33,870 nucleotides of DNA from a virus (Duplodnaviria > Caudoviricetes): the IMG/VR virus record IMGVR_UViG_3300030207_001146, positions 1-33,870 of that record; one strand, 5' to 3'. Shown here one piece after another: positions 16,807 through 27,385 of this stretch. A program made the position numbers and the translations under genes. The notes beneath the pieces were generated by a model. The model was not told where the DNA came from. It worked only from the letters and a program-made list of their open reading frames with translations, and searched no databases. The first letter of the stretch is position 1. Every line of letters starts with the position of its first letter.

Positions 16807-18354
16807 TTATGTTATTGTTAAAAAATCACTAGTAGTTAACTCCATTGTAACAGTAGCATTACCAAATTTTACAATTCTAACACTACCAGTTATTGTTGCT
16901 ACCGTTGGGGTTGTTTCGTCGTTCACTGTTGTTTTTAAGTTATACATTTCTAATTGAGTACCACCATTGTTAGCTGAAACTGAGTTAGTCCAGTTTGAAG
17001 CAGAAGCATCTGTGCTAGACCAAGAAGGGTTAGCATGTGCACTAAACTTAGTGCCTCCACCACCTTTAGTTGCTACGTATGTAAAATCAAAAGCTCGAAC
17101 AGGGACTGTTACGCCAACTCCGCCACCGTTTAATTGATCTATAGTGTGATTAGCTTTTCCTATATATCTTATAGTAGGGCTAGTAGTTATTGTGTAATTA
17201 GTACCAGCGGAGACTGTTAGATTTAAAGTTATATCAGCAAGCTGACTAATCGTTATATCAGAAGACAGCGTTGATAATATTGTAGTTGATCCTTTTGGTT
17301 GAACTTTAATTTCATAAGTATCTGTGCCAGCTGGAAATTCTTGTATTACTGAAACAAAACCTTTATTAGGTATTGTTGCGGAATGACCTTTTATAATACC
17401 AGCTATTGGATGAAAAATATCAGCATTAGATATACTAGTACTGGCACTCATTATAGATGTATTGTTACTATTTTTTATTATTGTTAAATCAAATTGTGAG
17501 CCAACATCACCATATATTTTTATATTTCTACGATCTCCTTTATCTGAAACTTGATTTGAGCCATATACAATATTTTTTATTAAGTTAGTGCTAGTTATTG
17601 CTTTTGCAACTGAAGCGTTTATAAAAGCCGCTGTATGATTAGCACTTATTGAAGTAGCACTAGGATGTGGTATGTTTGTATCAGAAATAAAAAACACATC
17701 CATTATATATTCTGTTATCTTATTATTACTATCCCTTGTTACGCTATTTACTTTTAAGTTTATATTAGGAGTTTGTGGTTCAAACAATCTAGTAAAACTC
17801 AAAGTGGGTTGTGATAAAAAATAATAACCACTACTAGATGTTATTTTTATTTGAGCTATTTTTGCAGCAACATTAGCTGTTAAATTTGGTGTGTTTAAAA
17901 TGTGTATTCTAATATTATTATCTACACCTATTATATAGCTACTACCAGCAGGCTGTTTAGTAACATCAATGCTTGTTGACACATTAGGATATTCATTTAA
18001 ATCAAGTGAAATAACTAAAGTACTAGTGCCAATGCTAACATCTTGTGCTGCTAATAGTTTTGCGTCACCAGCTATATCTAAATTAATAGTTTTGCCAGCT
18101 GTTATAGTAAACAAAGATCCAAACGTTACAGTAACTGTTACATTATTACTAGGTGTTCCAGCTGTACCAGTGTCAGTAAAAACAACTGATGTGACGTTAT
18201 CAGGTAGCGTTGATATAGAAAAATCAGATGCTGTTACTACGTAACCTGACTTAGGTGATATAGTTAACGTTCCAGAAGTAATCATGTTACCACCTATAAC
18301 AGAATCTCCTATTCTCTCAGTAAACTTAAGTGTTGTTGATGTATAATTAGCCAT
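16807..18354 (-). CDS. Beta-rich (Ig-like repeat) tail-associated structural protein (515 aa)
   Basis: Thr/Ser/Ile/Val-rich beta-sandwich-like composition; starts 10 nt after the stabilization gene stop. Confidence 0.55.
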   Translation of the reverse strand: MANYTSTTLKFTERIGDSVIGGNMITSGTLTISPKSGYVVTASDFSISTLPDNVTSVVFTDTGTAGTPSNNVTVTVTFGSLFTITAGKTINLDIAGDAKLLAAQDVSIGTSTLVISLDLNEYPNVSTSIDVTKQPAGSSYIIGVDNNIRIHILNTPNLTANVAAKIAQIKITSSSGYYFLSQPTLSFTRLFEPQTPNINLKVNSVTRDSNNKITEYIMDVFFISDTNIPHPSATSISANHTAAFINASVAKAITSTNLIKNIVYGSNQVSDKGDRRNIKIYGDVGSQFDLTIIKNSNNTSIMSASTSISNADIFHPIAGIIKGHSATIPNKGFVSVIQEFPAGTDTYEIKVQPKGSTTILSTLSSDITISQLADITLNLTVSAGTNYTITTSPTIRYIGKANHTIDQLNGGGVGVTVPVRAFDFTYVATKGGGGTKFSAHANPSWSSTDASASNWTNSVSANNGGTQLEMYNLKTTVNDETTPTVATITGSVRIVKFGNATVTMELTTSDFLTIT

Positions 18355-18364
18355 GTTATGTGTT

Positions 18365-21300
18365 TTATGCTGGTGGATAATTTGTTTGATTTATTACTGA
18401 AACAAGTTGACCTTGAGCGCCGTCACTATCAGTAACTGTTATTGTATAAGTACCAGGGCCTCCTATGCCATTTTGATTAGAAGGAATTGTCGTGTACGCT
18501 TCAGTGAAAACAAGACCACTTTTACCCCATTGAGAAGCAACTGGATTGCTTGTTGAATCATAACCATTTGGCCCTTGAAGATTAAAAACGTATGGAGGTT
18601 GACCACCGCTGGCTTGAAAGAAAAAGAAGCCATACTGAGTAACATTTGGCAAAAAATTAATATTTATATTAAGCGTGCTAACCACAACTTCTTCCTCTGT
18701 TTGAGTTGATGGAGTGGTAGTACCTTCATCAACAGGATTTTCTAATGGAAAGCCTATACCTTGTAAAGATAATTCACTAGGATCAATATTACCTATAGCA
18801 GTTTGTATTCCACTTATTTTATTAAACCATTTGTTTTCTTTATTTATAAATTCAAATAACTTGCCATCTTGCATGTCAGTGCTAAATAAATCTACATACC
18901 AACCAGCATTTGCTTGTAAATTATAGTACTCACCATCGCCATCATTAGCGCCAGCGTAAGTTTCTATAACATTACCATCATCATCAGTATGAGTTGTTAT
19001 TTGACTTATAGCCGCTTTAGAACCTTCGTAAATTACAGTTTTAAATGATTTTACTATACTAGCTTCGTCATTGAATACCACTTCTATTTCTGAATCAACA
19101 AAGTCATCATCATAAAATGTATTTCTATTAACATCTTCATCGTAATGCTCATATATTTTATATGTGTTTGAAGTTATATATTTTCCGTTTACAGAAACTC
19201 CAGATGAAGGGACAAAAGATTTAAAACTAACCCAACCTTTACTACCTTCGTTAAATGAAACTGTTATCGGTTTTATTGCCGGGGTGGTTACACAACCACT
19301 ATCAGGGCACGTTACTGAAGCTACTTGATATTCCTCAGCTATATTTAAAGTTAAGTTATACTCACCGTTAACTACATCGAAGGTTCCAACTAAGTCATCA
19401 CAAAGTTTTAAGTGCTCTCTAAAATAAGATTTCATGCCTACATTAGATATAGGTGTTAAACCATCTTGTGATAATCTTAATACAGCGCCCCTTTGCTTGT
19501 CCGAAAAATATAATCTATATTGGTCATGAGCTAGTGACTCAGGGTTTTTTGATATACCGTAATCCCCAGCAAATGGTATAGCTTGTCCTAAAGTTTTACT
19601 TGTAGCAGTTAAGTTTGTATTACCATCAGCATTAAATACAGCGTCTTTATTTGCTAACACTCTTAAAACTTTATCTTCACAAAAAGTAATTAAGTCTGTA
19701 TCTCTAGTCTTTAAAGCTTGTATAGAGCCATATGCTGGATTTAAATTTTTAGTAATTTTTTCAGCCATATTAAACTGATTAAGCTCATTAACGCTTGATG
19801 TAGAATTATACAAACCTGAGTGTATTAATCCACTACCTATTTTTTCTTGACCGTATTCTAAAAACGTTGAAGAAACTTTTATTCCATTATTTATTGTTGG
19901 TGCATTAAAATCATCACGTATTCTATCTGATTCTATTCCATTACCAAATGAATAACAATTAAACCATCTTAATTCTGTTGGATAGTTCCAAACTTCTTTA
20001 TCTATTTTGTATATGCCAGATGTTTCTAGAAACTGTATAGATAGGCCAAGAATATTAGAAACTAAAGCTGGTTTATTTAAAGTTATTGTTGGAGGATCAA
20101 GCTGAATACTCTCTACAAAAGTTCCTGAATCTATGTTTCCATCTGATACTACTTGAAACCCAGGGCCTACATTAACTCCTTCTAAATCACTAGTAGTTAG
20201 TTGAGTGTTGTTGCCAAGAATACTACAAGTTAAGGTAGTTACATCTGCGTCATATGCTACGTTAACGCCAGAAAAGCTAGTTGATTTATAATGACCTAAT
20301 ATTTTAGATCTAGTAGTCGTGCCATCTTTATGTATAAATTTGATTTCATCATTTATTGCCAAAACACCAGTTAAATTAGTTAGCACGCCATTATCATCTT
20401 GTTGTATTTTTACGCCGTCATCACTAAGATTTTCTATAGCATAACTAATATTAGGTAGCAATACCGGTTGCGTTATAGTTTGATCACCAGATATAATGCT
20501 TCTAACAGCTCGTATTTCACTAGCTTTTTTTATGTCTGTAGAAGCTTTAGTAAATAATTGTATATTGTCGTTATTTAGCTCTATAGGTATTGCGCTACTA
20601 GCTTCATAATAAATATCTAAACCAACATCTTCTTTAGGCTCTGTTTCCCAACAAGCTGAATTTGTTATAATACTATCATCTTGTAAATCTTCATCAGGCA
20701 TTCTTTCTAATATCTCTATAGTAAAACTACCCATACCATTATGTGACACTTCGCCCCTTGGGTCCCAAACAGATATATCTATACCAGATCCAACAATAGC
20801 ACCACCATCTTGATCAAGTTTTGCAAATCTAGTTATTATAGAATGTCTAGGATTTAAAGGGTTTATATTAGCGCCAAGTCCATTACCAAGATTTTTAGCG
20901 TCAATATTTACTTGGCCTTCATATGGAGTGTTTATGCCACTATAATCTTCGCCAAATATATTAGTATTTATATCTTGTTGTATATGTGAAACTCTATAAA
21001 CAACTTGATTAGGGTCTGCTGTAAACCTAAATAATGTACCCTCTGTTTGCATTAAAGATTTAAATATAGAGTCTTTACCTGGAGCAAATCCACCCACCGT
21101 ACCTACGCTCGAAAAAGTAAGCTGCCCTCTATTATCTTGCATATAAGCTGGTCCTTGTGCTAAACCCACGGGCTTCCAGTTAGGCAATATACCTTGATCC
21201 CAAGGAAAACTAGCGGTAGACGTGTAGTCTGGAAAACCTTCGTGCTTTCCAAATACAGTAAACTGCGCTGGGTCACTACCATAATAAGTGTCAGAGCCAA

Positions 21301-24300
21301 AATTTAATCCTTCTGACATCCAAGTAGCACTAATAAAATCTGACATCCCTCCATCACCATGAGAGAAAAACGGCATTACCTGTAAATAACTTTCAAGACC
21401 TACTCCTGTGTATTTTATTTGATAACCAGTGTGAGCAGGTACTTCGTCAATAAATATACTAGCGGTTCTAGCCGTATTGCCTAGGCCCTCGGGGCCTTGT
21501 CCAGGTAAATCTAAATAATTTGTACCCTGGCCGTACCACCATTGCCAAAAATTGTTTGTTGTGTTAGGATCACCAGGTCCAAATTTAGGAACAGGCTGTG
21601 GTCCTATTTCTTCATCAAAAGAGTTTTCATCTTCTAAGTCATAATTTTCTACGTAACCCGATAAAGCGTCTAAGTCAGCTTGTGTACTAGAATTTGTAAA
21701 AGGTGGTGAAACATTGGTAGCAATATCAGCGGCTGTAAATACAGAATCAGCTGGCCAGGCTGCATTAGCAAAATCACCAGTAGTAGCAACATTATTTGCT
21801 GTATTAGCTATGTAACCTATTTCGTAAGTGTCTAAAATATTATACAATCCAGACGTTTCGTTTAAAACTCTAGATCGTAACGTGTTATCTTTTTTTATTT
21901 TAACAAAAAATCTACCATCAAACTGAGGTTTATTTTCTACAACCTCATCTCTAAGTTCAATAAAATATAGTATCGCATCAGCATCAGTATAATCGTCTAC
22001 GTTTGCAGTGGTTATTTCAGAAGGATCTTCAATAATAGCAGATATTTTTTGAAACATATCTACTTCAGATTGTTTAAAAGTATCTTTTAATATAAGCATA
22101 CCTTGACCAGTGTCGCCATCAGTTGCTACTTTAGTAACAACTTTAAAAGGGCTAAATGCTCTAATTTTTCCGCCAGTACTTGTTGTAAACTCACCAATTA
22201 TTCTTACTTTTTTAGTACCTTTAAATCTTTCGTCTCTTATACTCATTTCTTCCCAAGCGCCGTCTGTTGTTCTAATTTTGCTCTGGTTTATTAATTTATC
22301 TGGAACAGCGTTTGTAACATCATCATTCTCGTAAACATTATCTCTGTTTATTAAAATAGGTGAATAATCATTTTTGTTAGTTTTAATATAATCAGGCGCT
22401 TCATTTTCTATGGCTAATATTTTATATCTAGCTTCTTCTTTTACTGGAACTTGACTTCCGTGTTCATTTTTTAATATTAGATAAGTTTCTTCATCTAATT
22501 TGTTTCTATCAGCAGAAGCAAAGGCTAACCAAACATTACCGTCGCCAGCATCGTACCATCTATCCATTACTAAATTGTGATACTCATTAGAAGTTTCTTT
22601 TACATAGTATTTAATATACTCAATCCAAGGTTTACCATTGTAAAGAAATGCAGTTGGATTACCTCCCCAATTTTGTTGTAAACTAAATCTATTACTAAAG
22701 TCACTGAAGTTTTTATCTAAATATATACTACCTGAGTTATCATTACCGTTATCATCTTCATAGCCATACGCTATAACAGGCGTTTCTCTACCATACTTAT
22801 CACCAATAACAATGCCAAATTTATACTCTCTATCTGTTTTAACTGACTTGGCTGGAACTGGAAAAGATACTGCATCTGATATTATTGATTGAGTTAATCC
22901 TACTGGATATTTTAAATCATAGCCTTGCAAGTAATTTCCATAAACAAGCCTGTTACCTGTTATCTCTTGAGTTACAGCGGTCTTAGGAACATTATCCCAG
23001 GATCTTAATAATTGATTTGAAGGAAGAACTCTATGTATCATTTCAGAGCTTATCTGCAGCTCTCCTGTATTTATTTCATTTTCATCTGTAAAATTTTTCC
23101 ACTCAGCGTCAAAACCTCTAGTTATAGTTTTTATTATATATACATTAGCATTATCTGTCGTTTTCCAAAGTATATCTACAGCCTTTACGTCGATAGGTCT
23201 TATTGATATATCTGGTATAAAACCTGTTATAATTAGCTCTCTAACAATGTTAGTCATACCATCATTAAATCCTTGACTAGCTGTATAAGAAAATTCACCA
23301 GGTAAAAAAGCTAGTTCTGAAAAAGGAGAAAATGAAGAACATTCATTATCTTCATATTTATATCTATAACCAAACCTACCAAATTTAGTTTCAAATAAAG
23401 GTCTTTTTTGCTCTAATTTAAATTCCCAAGTATCAGGATTTTCACCTGATAGTGCAGTATCAACAAATGTTAAAACAACATTAAAAAGGTTTTCATCTGA
23501 ATCAAAGTTAAAAGATTGAGAGTCTACAGTACCTATAATAATAACTGGGTCAAAGTTATCATTAGCGCTAGTAAAAGTAAATACATCACCATTAACAATT
23601 TCTACATTATTTGGAAATTGTATTGTTTTAACAGCGCCTTCTACCGGAACTGAAGGTATTGCGTTTTCGTCTATAAAAGAGAAGTTGTTGATAACACCTG
23701 TAATAGCGCCGTCTCTTTCTTTTTCCCTCATTAATAAAGTTGGTGCTGATTTCGGTGCTTTACGTATTACTGTAATATGTTCTTTTTTTATATCTGAAGT
23801 TATAACATTTTCTAAATCACTAATAATAATTAAATCATTTTCATCAGATAAATTTTCTGGATTTTGTACATAAAGTTGAGTTTGATTATAATTATATTCT
23901 GTACCTGCTTTTGATCTTCTTATATTTATTTTTTTAGGCTCATCGTTGCCATCTGTAAAAAATAACAAATCATCTATAACATTTATACCTGTTATTAGTT
24001 TTTCTTGTTTAAAGTTTAAAACTCTTTCTTTGTGAATAAATTTAAAAGCAACGCCTGTATCTAAATCACCTGTTTGAACACTTGCTAGCGTAAGTTTATT
24101 TGTTGTTGAATCTAAATCTACTATTTCAACTCCAGGTACACCATCAGTAAAAAGCAAGTGATCATTATTACTATTCTGAGCAAACATAACCATACCAACC
24201 CTATATCTATCAGCGTCTATAACCGTTATTCGATCATAGCCATTAGCTGGATTTGATTGGCCAGCACCGAAAGTAGAATACACGTCCGAGTTGCTTGTAA

Positions 24301-24802
24301 AATTACCGCCACTTAAAGTAAAAACATCTTGCTTTTGCCCCATCACAGCAAATCTATCTACAAATATCGATCTAGCATTTTGCGTAACTGTATCTACTTC
24401 TACTATACTATCAACAAAAACTCTTTGCGTTGGTGATGTAGCTTGCGTTATATTTGTTGCTGTTGTTTTACCGATATCTGGAGCAGCAGCAAAAAAATAA
24501 GCTTTATCATTTTTTTCATCAGCTACACTACCAATTATTTTTGTAGAAGGTATAGTACCATTTTCCAATGTAATATAAGATATACTATTATAAGCTCCAT
24601 CATTATCATTGCCGCCATCACTAATATGAGAGTTACCTTGTAAATTTTGTACGACACCTGCATTACCTATACCTTCAGAATCACCATCAGTAGTTCTAAC
24701 TTGTATATTTAAAGCGTCTCTATATTCACCGTTAGGAACTAGTCTCTCATCGAGATCTTTGTTCATTTTACCGGCTGTAAATGTGTGTTTAATTTCCGGC
24801 AT
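18365..24802 (-). CDS. Tail stabilization/muzzle protein (P22 gp10-like, crAss-type), enlarged (2145 aa)
   Basis: N-terminus MPEIKHTFTAGKMNKDLDERLVPNGEYRDALNI; beta-propeller-type motifs (LLFFTDGNDEPKKINI, GNRLVYGNY, YGISKNPES, GWVSFKSF); position after the ring/tubular genes. Confidence 0.75.
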   Translation of the reverse strand: MPEIKHTFTAGKMNKDLDERLVPNGEYRDALNIQVRTTDGDSEGIGNAGVVQNLQGNSHISDGGNDNDGAYNSISYITLENGTIPSTKIIGSVADEKNDKAYFFAAAPDIGKTTATNITQATSPTQRVFVDSIVEVDTVTQNARSIFVDRFAVMGQKQDVFTLSGGNFTSNSDVYSTFGAGQSNPANGYDRITVIDADRYRVGMVMFAQNSNNDHLLFTDGVPGVEIVDLDSTTNKLTLASVQTGDLDTGVAFKFIHKERVLNFKQEKLITGINVIDDLLFFTDGNDEPKKINIRRSKAGTEYNYNQTQLYVQNPENLSDENDLIIISDLENVITSDIKKEHITVIRKAPKSAPTLLMREKERDGAITGVINNFSFIDENAIPSVPVEGAVKTIQFPNNVEIVNGDVFTFTSANDNFDPVIIIGTVDSQSFNFDSDENLFNVVLTFVDTALSGENPDTWEFKLEQKRPLFETKFGRFGYRYKYEDNECSSFSPFSELAFLPGEFSYTASQGFNDGMTNIVRELIITGFIPDISIRPIDVKAVDILWKTTDNANVYIIKTITRGFDAEWKNFTDENEINTGELQISSEMIHRVLPSNQLLRSWDNVPKTAVTQEITGNRLVYGNYLQGYDLKYPVGLTQSIISDAVSFPVPAKSVKTDREYKFGIVIGDKYGRETPVIAYGYEDDNGNDNSGSIYLDKNFSDFSNRFSLQQNWGGNPTAFLYNGKPWIEYIKYYVKETSNEYHNLVMDRWYDAGDGNVWLAFASADRNKLDEETYLILKNEHGSQVPVKEEARYKILAIENEAPDYIKTNKNDYSPILINRDNVYENDDVTNAVPDKLINQSKIRTTDGAWEEMSIRDERFKGTKKVRIIGEFTTSTGGKIRAFSPFKVVTKVATDGDTGQGMLILKDTFKQSEVDMFQKISAIIEDPSEITTANVDDYTDADAILYFIELRDEVVENKPQFDGRFFVKIKKDNTLRSRVLNETSGLYNILDTYEIGYIANTANNVATTGDFANAAWPADSVFTAADIATNVSPPFTNSSTQADLDALSGYVENYDLEDENSFDEEIGPQPVPKFGPGDPNTTNNFWQWWYGQGTNYLDLPGQGPEGLGNTARTASIFIDEVPAHTGYQIKYTGVGLESYLQVMPFFSHGDGGMSDFISATWMSEGLNFGSDTYYGSDPAQFTVFGKHEGFPDYTSTASFPWDQGILPNWKPVGLAQGPAYMQDNRGQLTFSSVGTVGGFAPGKDSIFKSLMQTEGTLFRFTADPNQVVYRVSHIQQDINTNIFGEDYSGINTPYEGQVNIDAKNLGNGLGANINPLNPRHSIITRFAKLDQDGGAIVGSGIDISVWDPRGEVSHNGMGSFTIEILERMPDEDLQDDSIITNSACWETEPKEDVGLDIYYEASSAIPIELNNDNIQLFTKASTDIKKASEIRAVRSIISGDQTITQPVLLPNISYAIENLSDDGVKIQQDDNGVLTNLTGVLAINDEIKFIHKDGTTTRSKILGHYKSTSFSGVNVAYDADVTTLTCSILGNNTQLTTSDLEGVNVGPGFQVVSDGNIDSGTFVESIQLDPPTITLNKPALVSNILGLSIQFLETSGIYKIDKEVWNYPTELRWFNCYSFGNGIESDRIRDDFNAPTINNGIKVSSTFLEYGQEKIGSGLIHSGLYNSTSSVNELNQFNMAEKITKNLNPAYGSIQALKTRDTDLITFCEDKVLRVLANKDAVFNADGNTNLTATSKTLGQAIPFAGDYGISKNPESLAHDQYRLYFSDKQRGAVLRLSQDGLTPISNVGMKSYFREHLKLCDDLVGTFDVVNGEYNLTLNIAEEYQVASVTCPDSGCVTTPAIKPITVSFNEGSKGWVSFKSFVPSSGVSVNGKYITSNTYKIYEHYDEDVNRNTFYDDDFVDSEIEVVFNDEASIVKSFKTVIYEGSKAAISQITTHTDDDGNVIETYAGANDGDGEYYNLQANAGWYVDLFSTDMQDGKLFEFINKENKWFNKISGIQTAIGNIDPSELSLQGIGFPLENPVDEGTTTPSTQTEEEVVVSTLNININFLPNVTQYGFFFFQASGGQPPYVFNLQGPNGYDSTSNPVASQWGKSGLVFTEAYTTIPSNQNGIGGPGTYTITVTDSDGAQGQLVSVINQTNYPPA

Positions 24803-24804
24803 AA

Positions 24805-25680
24805 CTATTTAATTTGTTTACCCATACCTTTTAGTACTTGTGTAAATTCTTCTATTTTAATATTTGATAACCTAATTTTTGCTTTTCTAGTTTCAGCAAA
24901 TCTTTCTTTTTTAAATCTTTGAACTATATACTCTGGTATATTAGATCTTGTAGATAATATACCATAAGCTATATGTTTATAACAAGCTTCTTCACAAAAC
25001 TTATGAACTACCATTTCAGCATCATTGCCTAACCCATCGCTAACATAATGTAGCGTTATTGTCTTACCGGCTAAATCAGAACTAAATTTTAACAAGCCTC
25101 TTAAGTTATCTATAAAATAACTTCCATTAATTTGAGAGTGTTCAGGTTCTAATCCATATCTTCTACCTTCTGTTGATATTTCTATATCTGATGAATAATT
25201 AATATCATATAATTGGTAATCAACTGGCGTTTGGCTTTTAAAACTTTCAGAAGTATTACTTGGTGACTGTTCAGTTAAATCGTTACCAGTAAATTGATAA
25301 TTACCATCAGCGTCTTGTGTTATAGCAAATGGATCAGATGTTTTTCTAGCAGGATATAAAATTCTTTCTAAACCATCAGTTCCAACTCTAACAACTTTAA
25401 TGTAATTAACATAATCTTGCGGTAGTATCATTGATAGAGTATTTGGCACTTCTATCTCTTGAGATTTAAAAGATCTTAAAATATCATATGATAATTCTTG
25501 TATAGCACGCATAGCGTGAAACTGAACATCTGTTCTACTAACTTTAGATATTATTTTACTTTCACCTACATAAGATATCATAAAAGCATTTATAATATTA
25601 TCTAATGTTACAAACTGATAATCACCAAAGTTGCTACCAGTGTAATAAGAATTTTGACTTTGATTATCTAATAATCCCAT
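24805..25680 (-). CDS. Putative tail tubular/ring (adaptor) protein (291 aa)
   Basis: Directly upstream of the stabilization gene; N-terminal helices then LPQDYVNYIKV and C-terminal helices, in the style of P22 gp4-like/crAss ring proteins. Confidence 0.55.
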   Translation of the reverse strand: MGLLDNQSQNSYYTGSNFGDYQFVTLDNIINAFMISYVGESKIISKVSRTDVQFHAMRAIQELSYDILRSFKSQEIEVPNTLSMILPQDYVNYIKVVRVGTDGLERILYPARKTSDPFAITQDADGNYQFTGNDLTEQSPSNTSESFKSQTPVDYQLYDINYSSDIEISTEGRRYGLEPEHSQINGSYFIDNLRGLLKFSSDLAGKTITLHYVSDGLGNDAEMVVHKFCEEACYKHIAYGILSTRSNIPEYIVQRFKKERFAETRKAKIRLSNIKIEEFTQVLKGMGKQIK

Positions 25681-25682
25681 AA

Positions 25683-26381
25683 TTAACTATTTTGTTCTTG
25701 ATTGTTTAGTTGAATACTTCCAGCGCCAGCACTTTGAAGATCAGGTTGTTTCATTGTTATACCAAAGTATATTAATAATCTAGAAACTAAGTTTTCTTCT
25801 TCAGAAGGATGCAGCTCAAAGTTTTGTAAATCATTTGCATTGGCGTTGTATAAAGCTTTACCATTTAAAACCACATATGTCCATTTAGGATCAGCTGGCT
25901 TTTTATAATAACTAACCTCAAAATCTTCAGACATTAAAGCAGGGGCTGGATATATAGTTACTATACCAGAGTCTTCTCTAACAAATATTGATCTAGATGT
26001 TGTTGCTTTTGTTAATGGGTGGTTCTCAGTATAAGCAGCTTGGCTTTTATTCATTTGAGTTACTTTGTTGCCAGCTCTAGTAATTCCAATTATTTTATAT
26101 ATATCTGTAGGTAAAGTTAAACTAGCAGTACTGGTTTGTACTGTAGTATCAATATGGAAAGGATGTAATTTTTCTTCTAGCATTTCTATATTATCAGCGT
26201 AAACCATTTGATTTTTAGGTTTTAATTCTGCTGTATTTATTTTATAAAAATAACTTTCAAATATTTCAAGTTGAGATTTGTTAGATAACAAGTTAAATTC
26301 TTGAGGCGTTATATAACCTCTCTGCTCTTTGTTAGCTAATGTTAAAACTTTTTGATATACACTATTTATATTTATTGCCAT
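25683..26381 (-). CDS. Putative tail ring/head-tail connector protein (232 aa)
   Basis: Motifs NKEQRGYITPQEFN, LPTDIYKI and YYKKPADPKW; position matches crAss-like genes following the capsid block. Confidence 0.55.
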   Translation of the reverse strand: MAININSVYQKVLTLANKEQRGYITPQEFNLLSNKSQLEIFESYFYKINTAELKPKNQMVYADNIEMLEEKLHPFHIDTTVQTSTASLTLPTDIYKIIGITRAGNKVTQMNKSQAAYTENHPLTKATTSRSIFVREDSGIVTIYPAPALMSEDFEVSYYKKPADPKWTYVVLNGKALYNANANDLQNFELHPSEEENLVSRLLIYFGITMKQPDLQSAGAGSIQLNNQEQNS

Positions 26382-26391
26382 TTGTTTATAT

Positions 26392-26412
26392 TTTACTATA
26401 TTATAGTTACAT
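26392..26412 (-). promoter_or_regulatory. Putative phage promoter/operator ATGTAACTATAATATAGTAAA
   Basis: Identical to 16385-16405; lies just downstream of a terminator and 10 nt before the ATG at 26381. Confidence 0.7.
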
Positions 26413-26436
26413 AATAAAGCGGAAGGTTAGCCTCTA

Positions 26437-26469
26437 AATAAAAATAGCCACCCGTAATGAGTGGCTATT
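26437..26469 (-). terminator. Rho-independent terminator after the 275-aa gene
   Basis: Inverted repeat AATAGCCAC (26443-26451) / GTGGCTATT (26461-26469), followed on the minus strand by TTTATTT. Confidence 0.8.
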
Positions 26470-26488
26470 AATATTAGTTAAAAGATTA

Positions 26489-27316
26489 TTAGTTAAATCT
26501 TTTTTCTATATTTGCATATATCTCCATGCCTTCATCAGTTTTAAACCAATGTGCTAACGCTGTATATGGATGTTCGTCAAAAGGAACGGTCATTAATTTT
26601 CTATCAGTTGACGCCCAAACAAAATGCCTTTGATCGCTTGATAACTTTAATATTCCTTGCTCAACAGCTTTTATACCAAAGTTTCTAAGTTCAACATTAC
26701 CGTCATTAGCTAATTCTAAAAATAAATCAGGATTATTTCTAGCAAATAATAATAAGTCTCTTTTTAATTCTTTAGAACTCATATTAGATACTTTAGAACC
26801 TTTTTCTACTCTCATTATTGCTTCAGCTTTATCAATGTCTATTTGTCTAGCCATTAGTATAGCATCTGCTTCTAATTCTAACCTATCAATTTGATGCGCA
26901 GCCACCTCAACGGGTTTGTGTTCATAAAATAAACTTCCATTATTAGGATGATATAAAGATAAAAACTTTTGTAAAGTTACTTTTGCTTTTTCAACAAATA
27001 AAGCCCCATTTCTAAAAACAATGTGCTCTAATCTTTGTTCGCCTTTCATTTCGTCAACAAATACTGTTCTTTGATTTTGACAATATTTTATTTCTCTTTC
27101 ATATCCTTTTTCTTCATCAAACCAAAATAAATTAGAAGTTCTAATAGAATAAGATAAAGGTTTTTTACTACCTCTTAAATAATAAATTCTATCTTTTATT
27201 TCCCAAGTATTTTTTGGTTTAGCTTTTATTTTAGGAGCTTCAACCTTAGGTTGTTCAACAACCAATGCTTCTTCAACTATAGGTTCTTTAACCTTAGTTT
27301 GTTTTTTCTTTGCCAT
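26489..27316 (-). CDS. Conserved hypothetical morphogenesis protein following the major capsid gene (275 aa)
   Basis: Intact ORF; position equivalent to the gene downstream of MCP in crAss-like phages; function unclear. Confidence 0.6.
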   Translation of the reverse strand: MAKKKQTKVKEPIVEEALVVEQPKVEAPKIKAKPKNTWEIKDRIYYLRGSKKPLSYSIRTSNLFWFDEEKGYEREIKYCQNQRTVFVDEMKGEQRLEHIVFRNGALFVEKAKVTLQKFLSLYHPNNGSLFYEHKPVEVAAHQIDRLELEADAILMARQIDIDKAEAIMRVEKGSKVSNMSSKELKRDLLLFARNNPDLFLELANDGNVELRNFGIKAVEQGILKLSSDQRHFVWASTDRKLMTVPFDEHPYTALAHWFKTDEGMEIYANIEKRFN

Positions 27317-27338
27317 AATATAATATATAATATAATTA

Positions 27339-27374
27339 ATAAAAATATAAGGGCGATACTAGACCGCCCTTATA
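27339..27374 (-). terminator. Rho-independent terminator after the major capsid gene
   Basis: 10-bp stem TATAAGGGCG (27346-27355) / CGCCCTTATA (27365-27374), then TTTTTAT on the minus strand; 11 nt past the MCP stop. Confidence 0.85.
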
Positions 27375-27385
27375 AATAAATAGTC

